Positions 1 through 7,179 are shown, numbered from the stretch's first letter. The stretch is 61,213 bases of DNA from Patescibacteria group bacterium (GCA_018829905.1 JAHJST010000005.1:1-61213); one strand, 5' to 3'. The notes: generated by a model from the letters alone, not told the origin. Numbers and translations are program-made.

Positions 1-339
1 AATTGATAAATAACCAGTATATTTATGATTGGGTAGTGTTTTTAATTTAAAAACATCTTTAATTAAATTAAAATATGATTTTTCTAATTTGCCCCATCTT
101 TGATTAAATTCTTTAACTTTTTTATCTAAAGTTTCTTTTTTATTCTCATAAGCCCTATTAACATATTTATTTATTTCTTTCTTTATATCCTTATCTTTTT
201 TATCTATTACCTTTTTCAGTTCTGGATTGGGATTCAAAACACATCCTGAAAAATCTAACCCACCTTGTTTTAAATCAAGAAAAATATTAATCATATCCTT
301 GTCAAGTTTTTTATTCAATTTAAAACTAACTTTTTTCAT
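1..339 (-). CDS. hypothetical protein, N-terminal 113 codons only (ORF continues past the left edge)
   Basis: ATG at 339-337 with an open frame to nt 1 (MKKVSFKLNKKLDKDMINIFLDLKQGGLDF...). Lys/Asp-rich, no motif I recognise. Absent from the supplied track because no stop lies in the window. Confidence 0.35.
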   Translation of the reverse strand, partial: MKKVSFKLNKKLDKDMINIFLDLKQGGLDFSGCVLNPNPELKKVIDKKDKDIKKEINKYVNRAYENKKETLDKKVKEFNQRWGKLEKSYFNLIKDVFKLKTLPNHKYTGYLSI

Positions 340-386
340 AAAATAATTTAAATTCTATTTTAATTATAATACTAAAAAAAGAAATA

Positions 387-419
387 AAATAGGGCCCTAT
401 TTAAAAATAGGGCCCTATT
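387..419 (-). terminator. two tandem GC-cored palindromes ending the peptide/rSAM/TyrRS-like operon
   Basis: AAATAGGGCCCTATTT (387-402) is a perfect 16-nt palindrome, repeated as AATAGGGCCCTATT (406-419). Flanks are T/A-rich. It lies 8 nt past the stop at 427 and could work in both directions. Confidence 0.5.
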
Positions 420-426
420 ATCTTTA

Positions 427-1206
427 TTACAAAATATTTTTTTCTATCTCTTTCGCAAAATGAATAACATTCTCTGGAATCTCACAAATATCTTTTTTAA
501 TCTTCTCTAGAGAATCAGAAAGATAAATACAATTGTTTTCACTATTTCCCATTTTTTTACCATCCTTCCCAAATAAATGAGGAATCAAAAGTCCAACTTC
601 TATGGGCCTACAATGATTCTCTTGTAGGCTGCGAGAAAGCAATACAATAAATTCTTGGTCTTCTCCTACAATCTCTATGTCTGTTTCGAATGCAATTGAA
701 TCATATCCTCCTATTAAAAAATATATTAAACGAGATAATGGCAAAATCTTTTCTGAGCTTAAATCCGTTTTTCTAGAAATATACCTCCATAAAATCCTAG
801 TATCACAATAAGAAGCTATCGATATCATTTTATCTAATCCAATTTTCTCTATCCATTCTGTTTGGAAGACAATTCTAACGGAATCCATGTCTAAAAATCT
901 ACCTATCTGCTTTTTAAAAGAACGCCTAATTTTTTTCTTGTCAATAATTATTCCATTTAAGCTGGCTGCAAAATCTGCTACTACAATATCGACAATCCCA
1001 CCAACATACTGTAATTGTTTGGCTATACAAAACAACAATCCATGTCCTATATGCAAACGGCAATCATTAGGAGTAATTCCGATTTTAACTCTAAATTTAT
1101 AACCACGCAATGCTTTGTTTAATAGGTCTACCAATTCAACTTTTTCAATAACTTTAACGTTCATCCAAAGTAAATACTGTAAAATATTGTCTATCTTTTG
1201 CTGCAT
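427..1206 (-). CDS. TyrRS-like class Ic aminoacyl-tRNA-synthetase catalytic-core paralog lacking the anticodon-binding domain (259 aa)
   Basis: HIGH motif is literally present (CRLHIGHG) and there is a KMSKS-like loop (GKKMGNS). Blocks VADFAASLN, YFLIGGYD and VGEDQEF align by eye to archaeal-type TyrRS. The protein ends 37 aa after the KMSKS loop. I place the start at ATG 1206 because GGAGGGG lies 5-6 nt upstream; the track start at 1215 is GTG. Confidence 0.7.
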   Translation of the reverse strand: MQQKIDNILQYLLWMNVKVIEKVELVDLLNKALRGYKFRVKIGITPNDCRLHIGHGLLFCIAKQLQYVGGIVDIVVADFAASLNGIIIDKKKIRRSFKKQIGRFLDMDSVRIVFQTEWIEKIGLDKMISIASYCDTRILWRYISRKTDLSSEKILPLSRLIYFLIGGYDSIAFETDIEIVGEDQEFIVLLSRSLQENHCRPIEVGLLIPHLFGKDGKKMGNSENNCIYLSDSLEKIKKDICEIPENVIHFAKEIEKNIL

Positions 1207-1211
1207 AATAA

Positions 1212-2624
1212 TCACCCCTCCTCAGATTCATATCTATAAAGATCATTAATCATCCATTTGAGAGTTTCCTTGGCGTGTATACAAAAAATATCATCTAAAG
1301 CAAGAATGCTACCATGTCGAAAATCAGCTCGAGCAGGACAACCGCCACCACAGATACCTAAAACAATACAATCTAAACACTGAGGCATTGTAAGCGGTGA
1401 ACGTTTTGCCCACCCAATAAAATCATTGTTTGTATAAGGTGAGAATTTTGAGTCAGGAATGGAAAAAAACTTCTTACTTAGAATATATGCTTGACACATT
1501 CCAACTTCGCCAGACGGAAGAAAAACAACTTGTCTTCCACAACCACCACAATCATAAGGATAAATTTTTTTATCCACAAAAGAATCTATCTTACGCATCA
1601 TTCTATTTTCATGTATTCCATTTTCTCTCAAAAATTCAAAACATCTAATCATTTCTTTTGTGGCAATCTCTGCATATTCAGAAGAAGAAATTATTCTCTC
1701 TGCACTATCCATTAATAGATTAAGTCCTATTCCTTTTGGTTCAAACTTCTCTATTAGCCATTGAACGTGCTTCAATAAATTTTTTACACTGCTTGGTGTT
1801 ATGGTTATAGACAAACTAAACTCAACACCAACAGATTTTAAAGTTTCACAACCTGTTCTTGTCTTCTTAAATGATCCATTGCCACCAGGAAAGCATCGAT
1901 ATTCATCATTGACTTTAGGCATACCATCTACAGATATACCAACTAAAACATTATAGTCTTTCATAAAAGAAGCAATGTTTCTATCAATCAATGTTCCGTT
2001 TGTAATAACACTTATCTCTAAATCTTCTGGTAATAACTTTTTCTTTTTCAGGATATGCATATGCTTAATCGCCAAACAGAATGCTTCTTTGTTCAATAAT
2101 GGCTCTCCACCATAAAGAATAACTGTTTTATTTTTTGAAACAGATTCAGAAGTCCATTTAGCAAAAAAATTAAGCGATTGTCTTACAACACCAGAAGACA
2201 TAAAAGAAAAATTATATTTCGTATCAATATCTTGTCTAACAAAACAGTATCGACATCTTAAATTACAAGCATCTGTCAAAACCAAATATGCCATATTGAT
2301 TACTGGATTTCTTAAATAGTTTTTTTGATAACCATTAAGCTCTTTGCCTTCATTACACGAAAGTGGTACAAGCATTTTAAACTCTATTAGTCTTTCTACA
2401 AGGGAGAAGAAAGATTTTTTCTCAGAAAAATCCAATTCTTTTTGCATAATTATATAACTAATATTTTTTCCGGTTTTAAACTCAGAAACTAATTCGAGCG
2501 CTCTCGCAGAAAGAAAAACTGTTTCAATCGTAAGAGAATGGAATAAAGCTATATATTCTTTCTCTTTTAAAATGTGTAAAAATCTAGAAAATCTTAAGGG
2601 CAGGTTAATAATTTCTTTAATCAT
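1212..2624 (-). CDS. radical SAM / SPASM-domain peptide-modifying enzyme (470 aa)
   Basis: CX3CX2C triad in LTDACNLRCRYCF. The C-terminus has auxiliary-cluster cysteines (CGGCGRQ...MCQA) and the SPASM signature CLDCIVLGICGGGC (CX2CX5CX3C). An approx 110-aa N-terminal extension precedes the rSAM core. GGAG lies 8 nt upstream of the ATG. Confidence 0.85.
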   Translation of the reverse strand: MIKEIINLPLRFSRFLHILKEKEYIALFHSLTIETVFLSARALELVSEFKTGKNISYIIMQKELDFSEKKSFFSLVERLIEFKMLVPLSCNEGKELNGYQKNYLRNPVINMAYLVLTDACNLRCRYCFVRQDIDTKYNFSFMSSGVVRQSLNFFAKWTSESVSKNKTVILYGGEPLLNKEAFCLAIKHMHILKKKKLLPEDLEISVITNGTLIDRNIASFMKDYNVLVGISVDGMPKVNDEYRCFPGGNGSFKKTRTGCETLKSVGVEFSLSITITPSSVKNLLKHVQWLIEKFEPKGIGLNLLMDSAERIISSSEYAEIATKEMIRCFEFLRENGIHENRMMRKIDSFVDKKIYPYDCGGCGRQVVFLPSGEVGMCQAYILSKKFFSIPDSKFSPYTNNDFIGWAKRSPLTMPQCLDCIVLGICGGGCPARADFRHGSILALDDIFCIHAKETLKWMINDLYRYESEEG

Positions 2625-2638
2625 CAGTATATCTCCTT

Positions 2639-2670
2639 AAAAAAATTTGGGGGGATTAAGTCCCCCCAGT
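2639..2670 (-). terminator. intrinsic terminator/attenuator hairpin between the peptide gene and the rSAM gene
   Basis: Minus strand reads GGGGGG-ACTTAAT-CCCCCC followed by AAATTTTTTT, which runs straight into the rSAM ribosome-binding site (AAGGAG). Confidence 0.55.
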
Positions 2671-2687
2671 CCACGAAAATTCGAATC

Positions 2688-2852
2688 TCAATAATAGTCA
2701 TCACACTTGCAAGGACAGGGGCTCCTACAAACCCTACTATCACCACCGCTTAAAAGCTCCTGTTGAGAAGGAATATTTCCTCGAATTTTCTCTCTGTTCT
2801 TCTTGGATGATGTTGACCATTCAATCACTAATTTGGTATCTTTTTTCTTCAT
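2688..2852 (-). CDS. 54-aa Cys-rich candidate precursor peptide (not in the supplied ORF track)
   Basis: Hand translation: MKKKDTKLVIEWSTSSKKNREKIRGNIPSQQELLSGGDSRVCRSPCPCKCDDYY, stop TGA. GGAG lies 6 nt upstream of the ATG. It is the first gene after a consensus-like promoter and sits directly upstream of the rSAM/SPASM gene. Confidence 0.65.
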   Translation of the reverse strand: MKKKDTKLVIEWSTSSKKNREKIRGNIPSQQELLSGGDSRVCRSPCPCKCDDYY

Positions 2853-2990
2853 TTTTTACTCCATTATCACCTATCTTATTGTATAAATTTGTCTAAATAG
2901 ACACAAAGATAGAATCTATATCAATATTCACTGAAAATCAGCAAATTAAATTATAAAAGAACACTAAAAGAACGTTTAACACACATTATT

Positions 2991-3019
2991 AATATACTGC
3001 TTTTAAAATCCCTTGTCAA
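2991..3019 (-). promoter_or_regulatory. sigma70-type promoter of the peptide operon
   Basis: Minus strand TTGACA (3019-3014), N17, TATATT (2996-2991). This predicts an approx 130-nt 5' UTR before the peptide ATG. Confidence 0.55.
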
Positions 3020-3022
3020 GTT

Positions 3023-5287
3023 TTAATCAACTATATACAAAGAATTAATAAATTTATCATATTCTTCTTTAAAATTAGGATCTATTTGAACTGCTTTATC
3101 AGCAGCTTGTCTTGCTTTATCAAATTGCCCCATATGAGCATAAGCAGCTGCTAATGAAGCATACATTTGAGCGCTTTCTGGTTCTTGTTGCACACCTAAT
3201 TCATATAATCTAGCAACCATATCATATCTCTGTGCTTTTTCAAATATTTTAACCATTCTTAATAATTCAGTTGTATTTGTTTCAAAATCCTTCCATCCTA
3301 ATTCTAATGCCTTATTAAGCGCTTCAAGCGCTTCTTCGTTTTTATCAGCAGCACTAGCAGAAACAGCTGTAAACCACCAAGACAATGAAACTTCTGGATT
3401 TAATTCTGCAGCTGTTTTAAAACTATTATATGATTCTTCATATTCTTTTATTGACATTTGTGCTTGGCCTAATTCATACCAAATCCTAGGATTTCTTTTA
3501 TTTAATTCTAATGCCTTATTAATAGAAGCTAATGCTTGATTAGCTGCTTCTTGCCCATCTTTTTCAATTAATAAAATATACATTCTTCCAACGTATAGAT
3601 ATGGAACAGTGTCTAAAGGAAATCTTTCAATGTTTTTACTTACTATTTTAATTGAAAAATATAAAAGGCTTGGATCAAAATCTCCTTGTTTTTGTTTCAT
3701 TGTTTCTGCAAGCTGAATTGCAAATGTAGCTAGTTTGTGCCTTATTTCATAAGCTCCTTCTGGAACTGGATTACATATAAATTCATTATTTTCTCTTTTA
3801 CAATTTAAAGCTTCTTGGTATTTATCAACTGCTTTTTGAGCATTACCTGCTCTTCCTGCTAATATTGCTCTTGTTGTACTAAAATTAGCTTGAGATGATC
3901 TAATATTTGTTTGAAAAATTAAAATTACAGCTAGGATTAATAAAATAACAATTAAGAATGTTGATGGATATTTTTTTTCTCTTAATGGCTCTATCTTTTT
4001 ATTATTTGTTTTTAAATAATAAACATATGCTAAAACCATAAAGAATAAAAAGTAATTTACAAATGTATCGAAAATAAAAAGATTTTGTATAAAGTATGCA
4101 ATAATCATTGCTGAAAAAACACCAAAAGTAATTTTACCAATTCTTTTAGATTTGAATTTTTTAATCAAAACAATAAACATTGATACAAATATTGATAAAT
4201 AGCTTAATAAACCAACAGCACCCATTGTTGATAAAGCATTTAAAGGAACATTATGAGCTCTGTCCCAAATAGTTTCTGATCCAACATGAGTAAAATGACG
4301 AGCATCAAAATGCTTCATATGAAGAACTGAAAAATTCTCAGGACCCCAACCAAAGATTGGTCTTTCTTTCCATCCTTCAATTGCGCTTGTCCATGACCAA
4401 ATTCTAGTCTGAAGAGTATCTGAATCTAAAGAAAGGCTTGTTATTCTGTCTAGCCAACTAATGTTTTTTACCCATGTACTATTTTTACCAATAAAGGCAA
4501 AAGTAAAAAAAAGAACAAAAATTAAAATTGCAATAATTAAAGATATTTTTAATTTTTTATTCTTTGAAGCAAAAACAAAAAATAGAGCTAAAAGAATTAT
4601 TGTTATAAAAAAAGACAATATTGCTCCCCTAACAGCTGTCATTAATAAAACTGGAATTCCTAAAATTAAAACAATAGAATAAAATCCTTTTTCTCTAATA
4701 TCTGTTTGTTTTTTTAATAAAAACCAAAGAGCTAAATAAAGTATAAAAAGAAGGTAACCAGCAAATAACGCAGGATTACCTATTGTTCCAATTACCCTTT
4801 CTCCGTGTTGCCAACCAACAAAAAAACTACCAAGTCTTAATCTTTGTCCATAAGCAAATAAAATTGAAAGAAAACCAACAAAAGTTGTAATTTTTAATAT
4901 TTTATTCCAGTCTAATTTTATTCTAATAATACTAATCAGAATTACAAAATATACCCAAAAGTGTATAAAAGAAAAAATACCACCCATTCTTTCTATGCTT
5001 CCCCACATACTACTAAAAAAATTAACTCCAATTAATCCAGTAAAAATATATAAACCAGTATAAGCAGTAAAACTAATTAAAATTAAATTCCATTTTGGCC
5101 TATATCTTTTATCAATAATTATTAAAAGAATATAGAAAACAGCCATTAATTCAACCAATGATCTAAATAAAATCATTTTACCAAAATGAAATGGTGATAA
5201 ATGTTGAGAAAAAACTACTAATGGCAAAAACAAAGAAACATATACTCCCCAACGAAGTATTTTATTCAAATTTTCAGAAGTTATCAT
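3023..5287 (-). CDS. O-antigen ligase/polymerase-like (Wzy_C) polytopic membrane protein with C-terminal TPR repeats (754 aa)
   Basis: More than 10 TM helices. Motifs GTIGNPALFAGYL and RPIFGWGPENF...H. The C-terminal approx 250 aa are TPR-like (ALELNKRNPRIWYELGQAQ, YASLAAAYAHMGQFDKARQAADKAVQIDPNF). Start set at ATG 5287 (MITSENL...); the longer track ORF reads through a GC-rich RNA element. Confidence 0.8.
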   Translation of the reverse strand: MITSENLNKILRWGVYVSLFLPLVVFSQHLSPFHFGKMILFRSLVELMAVFYILLIIIDKRYRPKWNLILISFTAYTGLYIFTGLIGVNFFSSMWGSIERMGGIFSFIHFWVYFVILISIIRIKLDWNKILKITTFVGFLSILFAYGQRLRLGSFFVGWQHGERVIGTIGNPALFAGYLLFILYLALWFLLKKQTDIREKGFYSIVLILGIPVLLMTAVRGAILSFFITIILLALFFVFASKNKKLKISLIIAILIFVLFFTFAFIGKNSTWVKNISWLDRITSLSLDSDTLQTRIWSWTSAIEGWKERPIFGWGPENFSVLHMKHFDARHFTHVGSETIWDRAHNVPLNALSTMGAVGLLSYLSIFVSMFIVLIKKFKSKRIGKITFGVFSAMIIAYFIQNLFIFDTFVNYFLFFMVLAYVYYLKTNNKKIEPLREKKYPSTFLIVILLILAVILIFQTNIRSSQANFSTTRAILAGRAGNAQKAVDKYQEALNCKRENNEFICNPVPEGAYEIRHKLATFAIQLAETMKQKQGDFDPSLLYFSIKIVSKNIERFPLDTVPYLYVGRMYILLIEKDGQEAANQALASINKALELNKRNPRIWYELGQAQMSIKEYEESYNSFKTAAELNPEVSLSWWFTAVSASAADKNEEALEALNKALELGWKDFETNTTELLRMVKIFEKAQRYDMVARLYELGVQQEPESAQMYASLAAAYAHMGQFDKARQAADKAVQIDPNFKEEYDKFINSLYIVD

Positions 5288-5294
5288 AAGATAA

Positions 5295-5300
5295 ATTATA
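5295..5300 (-). promoter_or_regulatory. -10 box TATAAT placed 7 nt upstream of the Wzy_C/TPR ATG (leaderless-type arrangement)
   Basis: Minus strand reads TATAAT-TTATCTT-ATG. No SD is present, and it lies just downstream of the ncRNA terminator. Confidence 0.35.
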
Positions 5301-5321
5301 TAGTATATATAAATCTTGTGC

Positions 5322-5536
5322 AAATAAAAGGAGGGGCCCATTATTAGACCCCTCAGGAAACCCACGGCGTGGATATCGCCAGACCTATCGCTGGCTTTTG
5401 GCCAAATCCGTTTTGCGAAGAAAGGACCTAAGGGCCTGTGCGCATAGCACTCCAAGGTGCTCAGATAATGGCACGATCCACACATCCTATTGGCAGGAAA
5501 GAAGAACCTGCCGACTAATCGCAATTTCAGCGTACT
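5322..5536 (-). ncRNA. unclassified structured GC-rich RNA (approx 215 nt)
   Basis: My hand count gives 105/200 G+C for 5331-5530, against very AT-rich flanks. It has its own promoter upstream and ends in GAGGGG...CCCCUC + UUUUAUUU. Several local hairpins are present (GGCAGG-N9-CCUGCC, AGCAC-CUUGGA-GUGCU, GCCAG-N8-CUGGC), plus a possible long-range GUGUGGAU/AUCCACGC helix. Confidence 0.6.
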
Positions 5537-5542
5537 AATACT

Positions 5543-5570
5543 ATCATATTATATTAACAAAAATTGTCAA
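5543..5570 (-). promoter_or_regulatory. sigma70-type promoter of the GC-rich RNA
   Basis: Minus strand TTGACA (5570-5565, overlapping the TGA stop of the hydrolase gene), N16, TATGAT (5548-5543). Confidence 0.5.
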
Positions 5571-6373
5571 ACTTTTTTTAAAAACTCAACTAAATCTTTT
5601 ATATATTTTCGCACTACACTTGGCTTTTCAAGATCATGATCCCCTTCTTTAATAACAAGAGTTTTTATTTTTTCAGTAAGATCGTAATTACTTTGTATTG
5701 GAACTTTATCATCATTTAATCCATGAATAATCAACATGTTTTTAAAATCAATTTTTAATGATTTTAAAATATCCTGATAATCAACATTTACATTTTCTAA
5801 AAAATATTGATTTGAAATAATATGTTCTTTTATTTCTCTTTCTTCTATTTGAATATATTTATCAAATTCATTTATTGTATTTGAATCAATATATTCTTTA
5901 AAATTATTCCATGTTATTTCTTTTTCTTTAAATTTTGATTTTACAAACCAATATTTTTGTAATTCTTTTTGATTAAGCGCTGGTGCAAAAAATACAATTT
6001 TAGAATTTTTAAAGCCAATATTGTTTTCTAAAAATTTTACAACAATTGCACATCCCAAACTATGAGCAATAAAAGAAATTTCATTAATTTTAAATTTTTT
6101 TTTAAATATCTCTGTTGCTATTTTTAATTCTTTTGATAATTTCTGAACTGTAAAATCTTCAAAATCACCATCTGATAAACCAGATCCAGAAAAATCAAAA
6201 AGAAAAGAATAATATTTTCCTTTAATTTCGTCTATAATATTCTTAAATTTCTTTTCACATGATTTTCTCTCAAATCCATGAACAAAGATTATTCCTTTTT
6301 TTTCTTTTCCTCCAAAAACAACACCCCTTAAGATTTGTTTTTTCTGATTTTTAAATTCTAATGCTTTAAACAT
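5567..6373 (-). CDS. alpha/beta-fold hydrolase (esterase/lipase-like)
   Basis: Oxyanion region GIIFVHGF, nucleophile elbow IAHSLGC (GXSXG-type), later IIHGLNDDKVP and GDHD consistent with a Ser-Asp-His triad. Confidence 0.7.
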   Translation of the reverse strand: MFKALEFKNQKKQILRGVVFGGKEKKGIIFVHGFERKSCEKKFKNIIDEIKGKYYSFLFDFSGSGLSDGDFEDFTVQKLSKELKIATEIFKKKFKINEISFIAHSLGCAIVVKFLENNIGFKNSKIVFFAPALNQKELQKYWFVKSKFKEKEITWNNFKEYIDSNTINEFDKYIQIEEREIKEHIISNQYFLENVNVDYQDILKSLKIDFKNMLIIHGLNDDKVPIQSNYDLTEKIKTLVIKEGDHDLEKPSVVRKYIKDLVEFLKKV

Positions 6374-6421
6374 TCTTTTTCCTTTTAATTAATATTTATA
6401 TATTGCTAAAAATTAAAAATG

Positions 6422-6679
6422 TTAATTATTTTCAGCTTCTTTTTCCATTTTATCTAATCTAGTATAATAATCTGAAATTTCTTTTAAGTGAGCTAATGCA
6501 ATTTTTCCAGTTATTATTTCATCATCATTAGTAACATTTGTTTGAGAATCACATAAACCATGTTCTAATTCAACTCTTAATCCCATTCTAAATTCTTCTA
6601 AATTATACTTATTCCAATCAATTCCAATACTATCACCTATTTTTTTAGCCTCTTCAGTTGTGAATTCTTTTAATTTCAT
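6422..6679 (-). CDS. small conserved soluble protein (DUF5661-like, recollection only)
   Basis: 85 aa. The motif string LEEFRMGLRVELEHG...TNVTNDD...IALAHLKEISDYY resembles a small family seen in phages and uncultivated bacteria. Confidence 0.45.
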   Translation of the reverse strand: MKLKEFTTEEAKKIGDSIGIDWNKYNLEEFRMGLRVELEHGLCDSQTNVTNDDEIITGKIALAHLKEISDYYTRLDKMEKEAENN

Positions 6680-6975
6680 AAAAGTATTATTAATAAAATT
6701 AATATAATAGTTATTAAAGAAAACAATAAAGTAAATCCTAAAACAAATAATGATTCCTTTATTTTTTTATGAAGACATAAATATATTGGATAACCAAAAA
6801 CAATTAAACCAACAACTGCTGATGAAAAAACCAATAAAATCAATATTGCAACAGAAACTAAAAATATTGAATTTGGATTAAATCCATCTACAAACTGAAG
6901 TAAGCTGCTTATTAACAAAACATATATTGTTACTCCAATTGCCTGGAAAAGGCCTATTAAAAATAATTTTTTCAT
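6676..6975 (-). CDS. small 3-TM membrane protein (99 aa)
   Basis: Hydrophobic throughout. Start moved to ATG 6975 (MKKLFLIGLF...); the track start at 7026 is TTG inside a promoter. Confidence 0.5.
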   Translation of the reverse strand: MKKLFLIGLFQAIGVTIYVLLISSLLQFVDGFNPNSIFLVSVAILILLVFSSAVVGLIVFGYPIYLCLHKKIKESLFVLGFTLLFSLITIILILLIILL

Positions 6976-7019
6976 AAAGTTTGAGTTGTTTATTATAAAT
7001 AAATTATACCACAAATAAT

Positions 7020-7047
7020 TTGACAAAACATATTAATAATATATACT
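7020..7047 (+). promoter_or_regulatory. sigma70-type promoter of small RNA A
   Basis: TTGACA (7020-7025), N16, TATACT (7042-7047), with +1 expected near 7054-7056. Confidence 0.55.
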
Positions 7048-7054
7048 TAGATAT

Positions 7055-7145
7055 AAGCCGGATCAATCCCAATTCCCAATCCCGTTTTGTCCCCAAAACC
7101 AGATTAAGGAATTGCTTGCTGACTGCAAGGGTCCGGCTTTTTTTT
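7055..7145 (+). ncRNA. small RNA candidate A (approx 90 nt)
   Basis: 10-bp closing stem AAGCCGGAUC/GGUCCGGCUU followed by U8. Internal helices are CAAUUCC/GGAAUUG, AAUC/GAUU and GUUUUG-UCCC-CAAAAC, with a side hairpin CUUGC-UGACU-GCAAG. It lies between two minus-strand genes. Confidence 0.55.
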
Positions 7146-7150
7146 AAAAC

Positions 7151-7179
7151 CGCCACGCATATTGCGAGGCGATTTTTTT
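7151..7179 (+). terminator. second hairpin plus T-tract after small RNA A
   Basis: CGCC-A-CGCA-TAT-TGCG-A-GGCG followed by A-T7. A-rich on the 5' side, so possibly bidirectional. Confidence 0.45.

Noticed and set aside
427-1206. Calling the aaRS-like gene the housekeeping tyrS, or a cyclodipeptide synthase
   Set aside because: It is too short for a TyrRS with an anticodon-binding domain, and several tyrosine-contact positions differ. Cyclodipeptide synthases lack HIGH/KMSKS, and both are retained here.
5288-5524. N-terminal 79 codons of the supplied 833-aa ORF (3023..5524)
   Set aside because: The extension (MRLVGRFFFPANRMCGSCHYLSTLECYAHRP...) is Cys/Arg/Gly-rich, unlike any neighbour. It coincides with the GC-rich hairpin-dense RNA element and lacks an RBS. 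The membrane protein starts sensibly at ATG 5287.
5322-5536. Assigning the GC-rich RNA to SRP RNA, RNase P RNA, tmRNA, 6S RNA or a cobalamin riboswitch
   Set aside because: I could not find the diagnostic strings (GGAAGCAGC-type helix 8, GAGGAAAGUCC P4, tag reading frame/GGGG...ACCA ends, or B12 box). GGCAGG-N9-CCUGCC only superficially resembles a B12-box region. 6S cannot be excluded or supported by eye, so the RNA is left unclassified.
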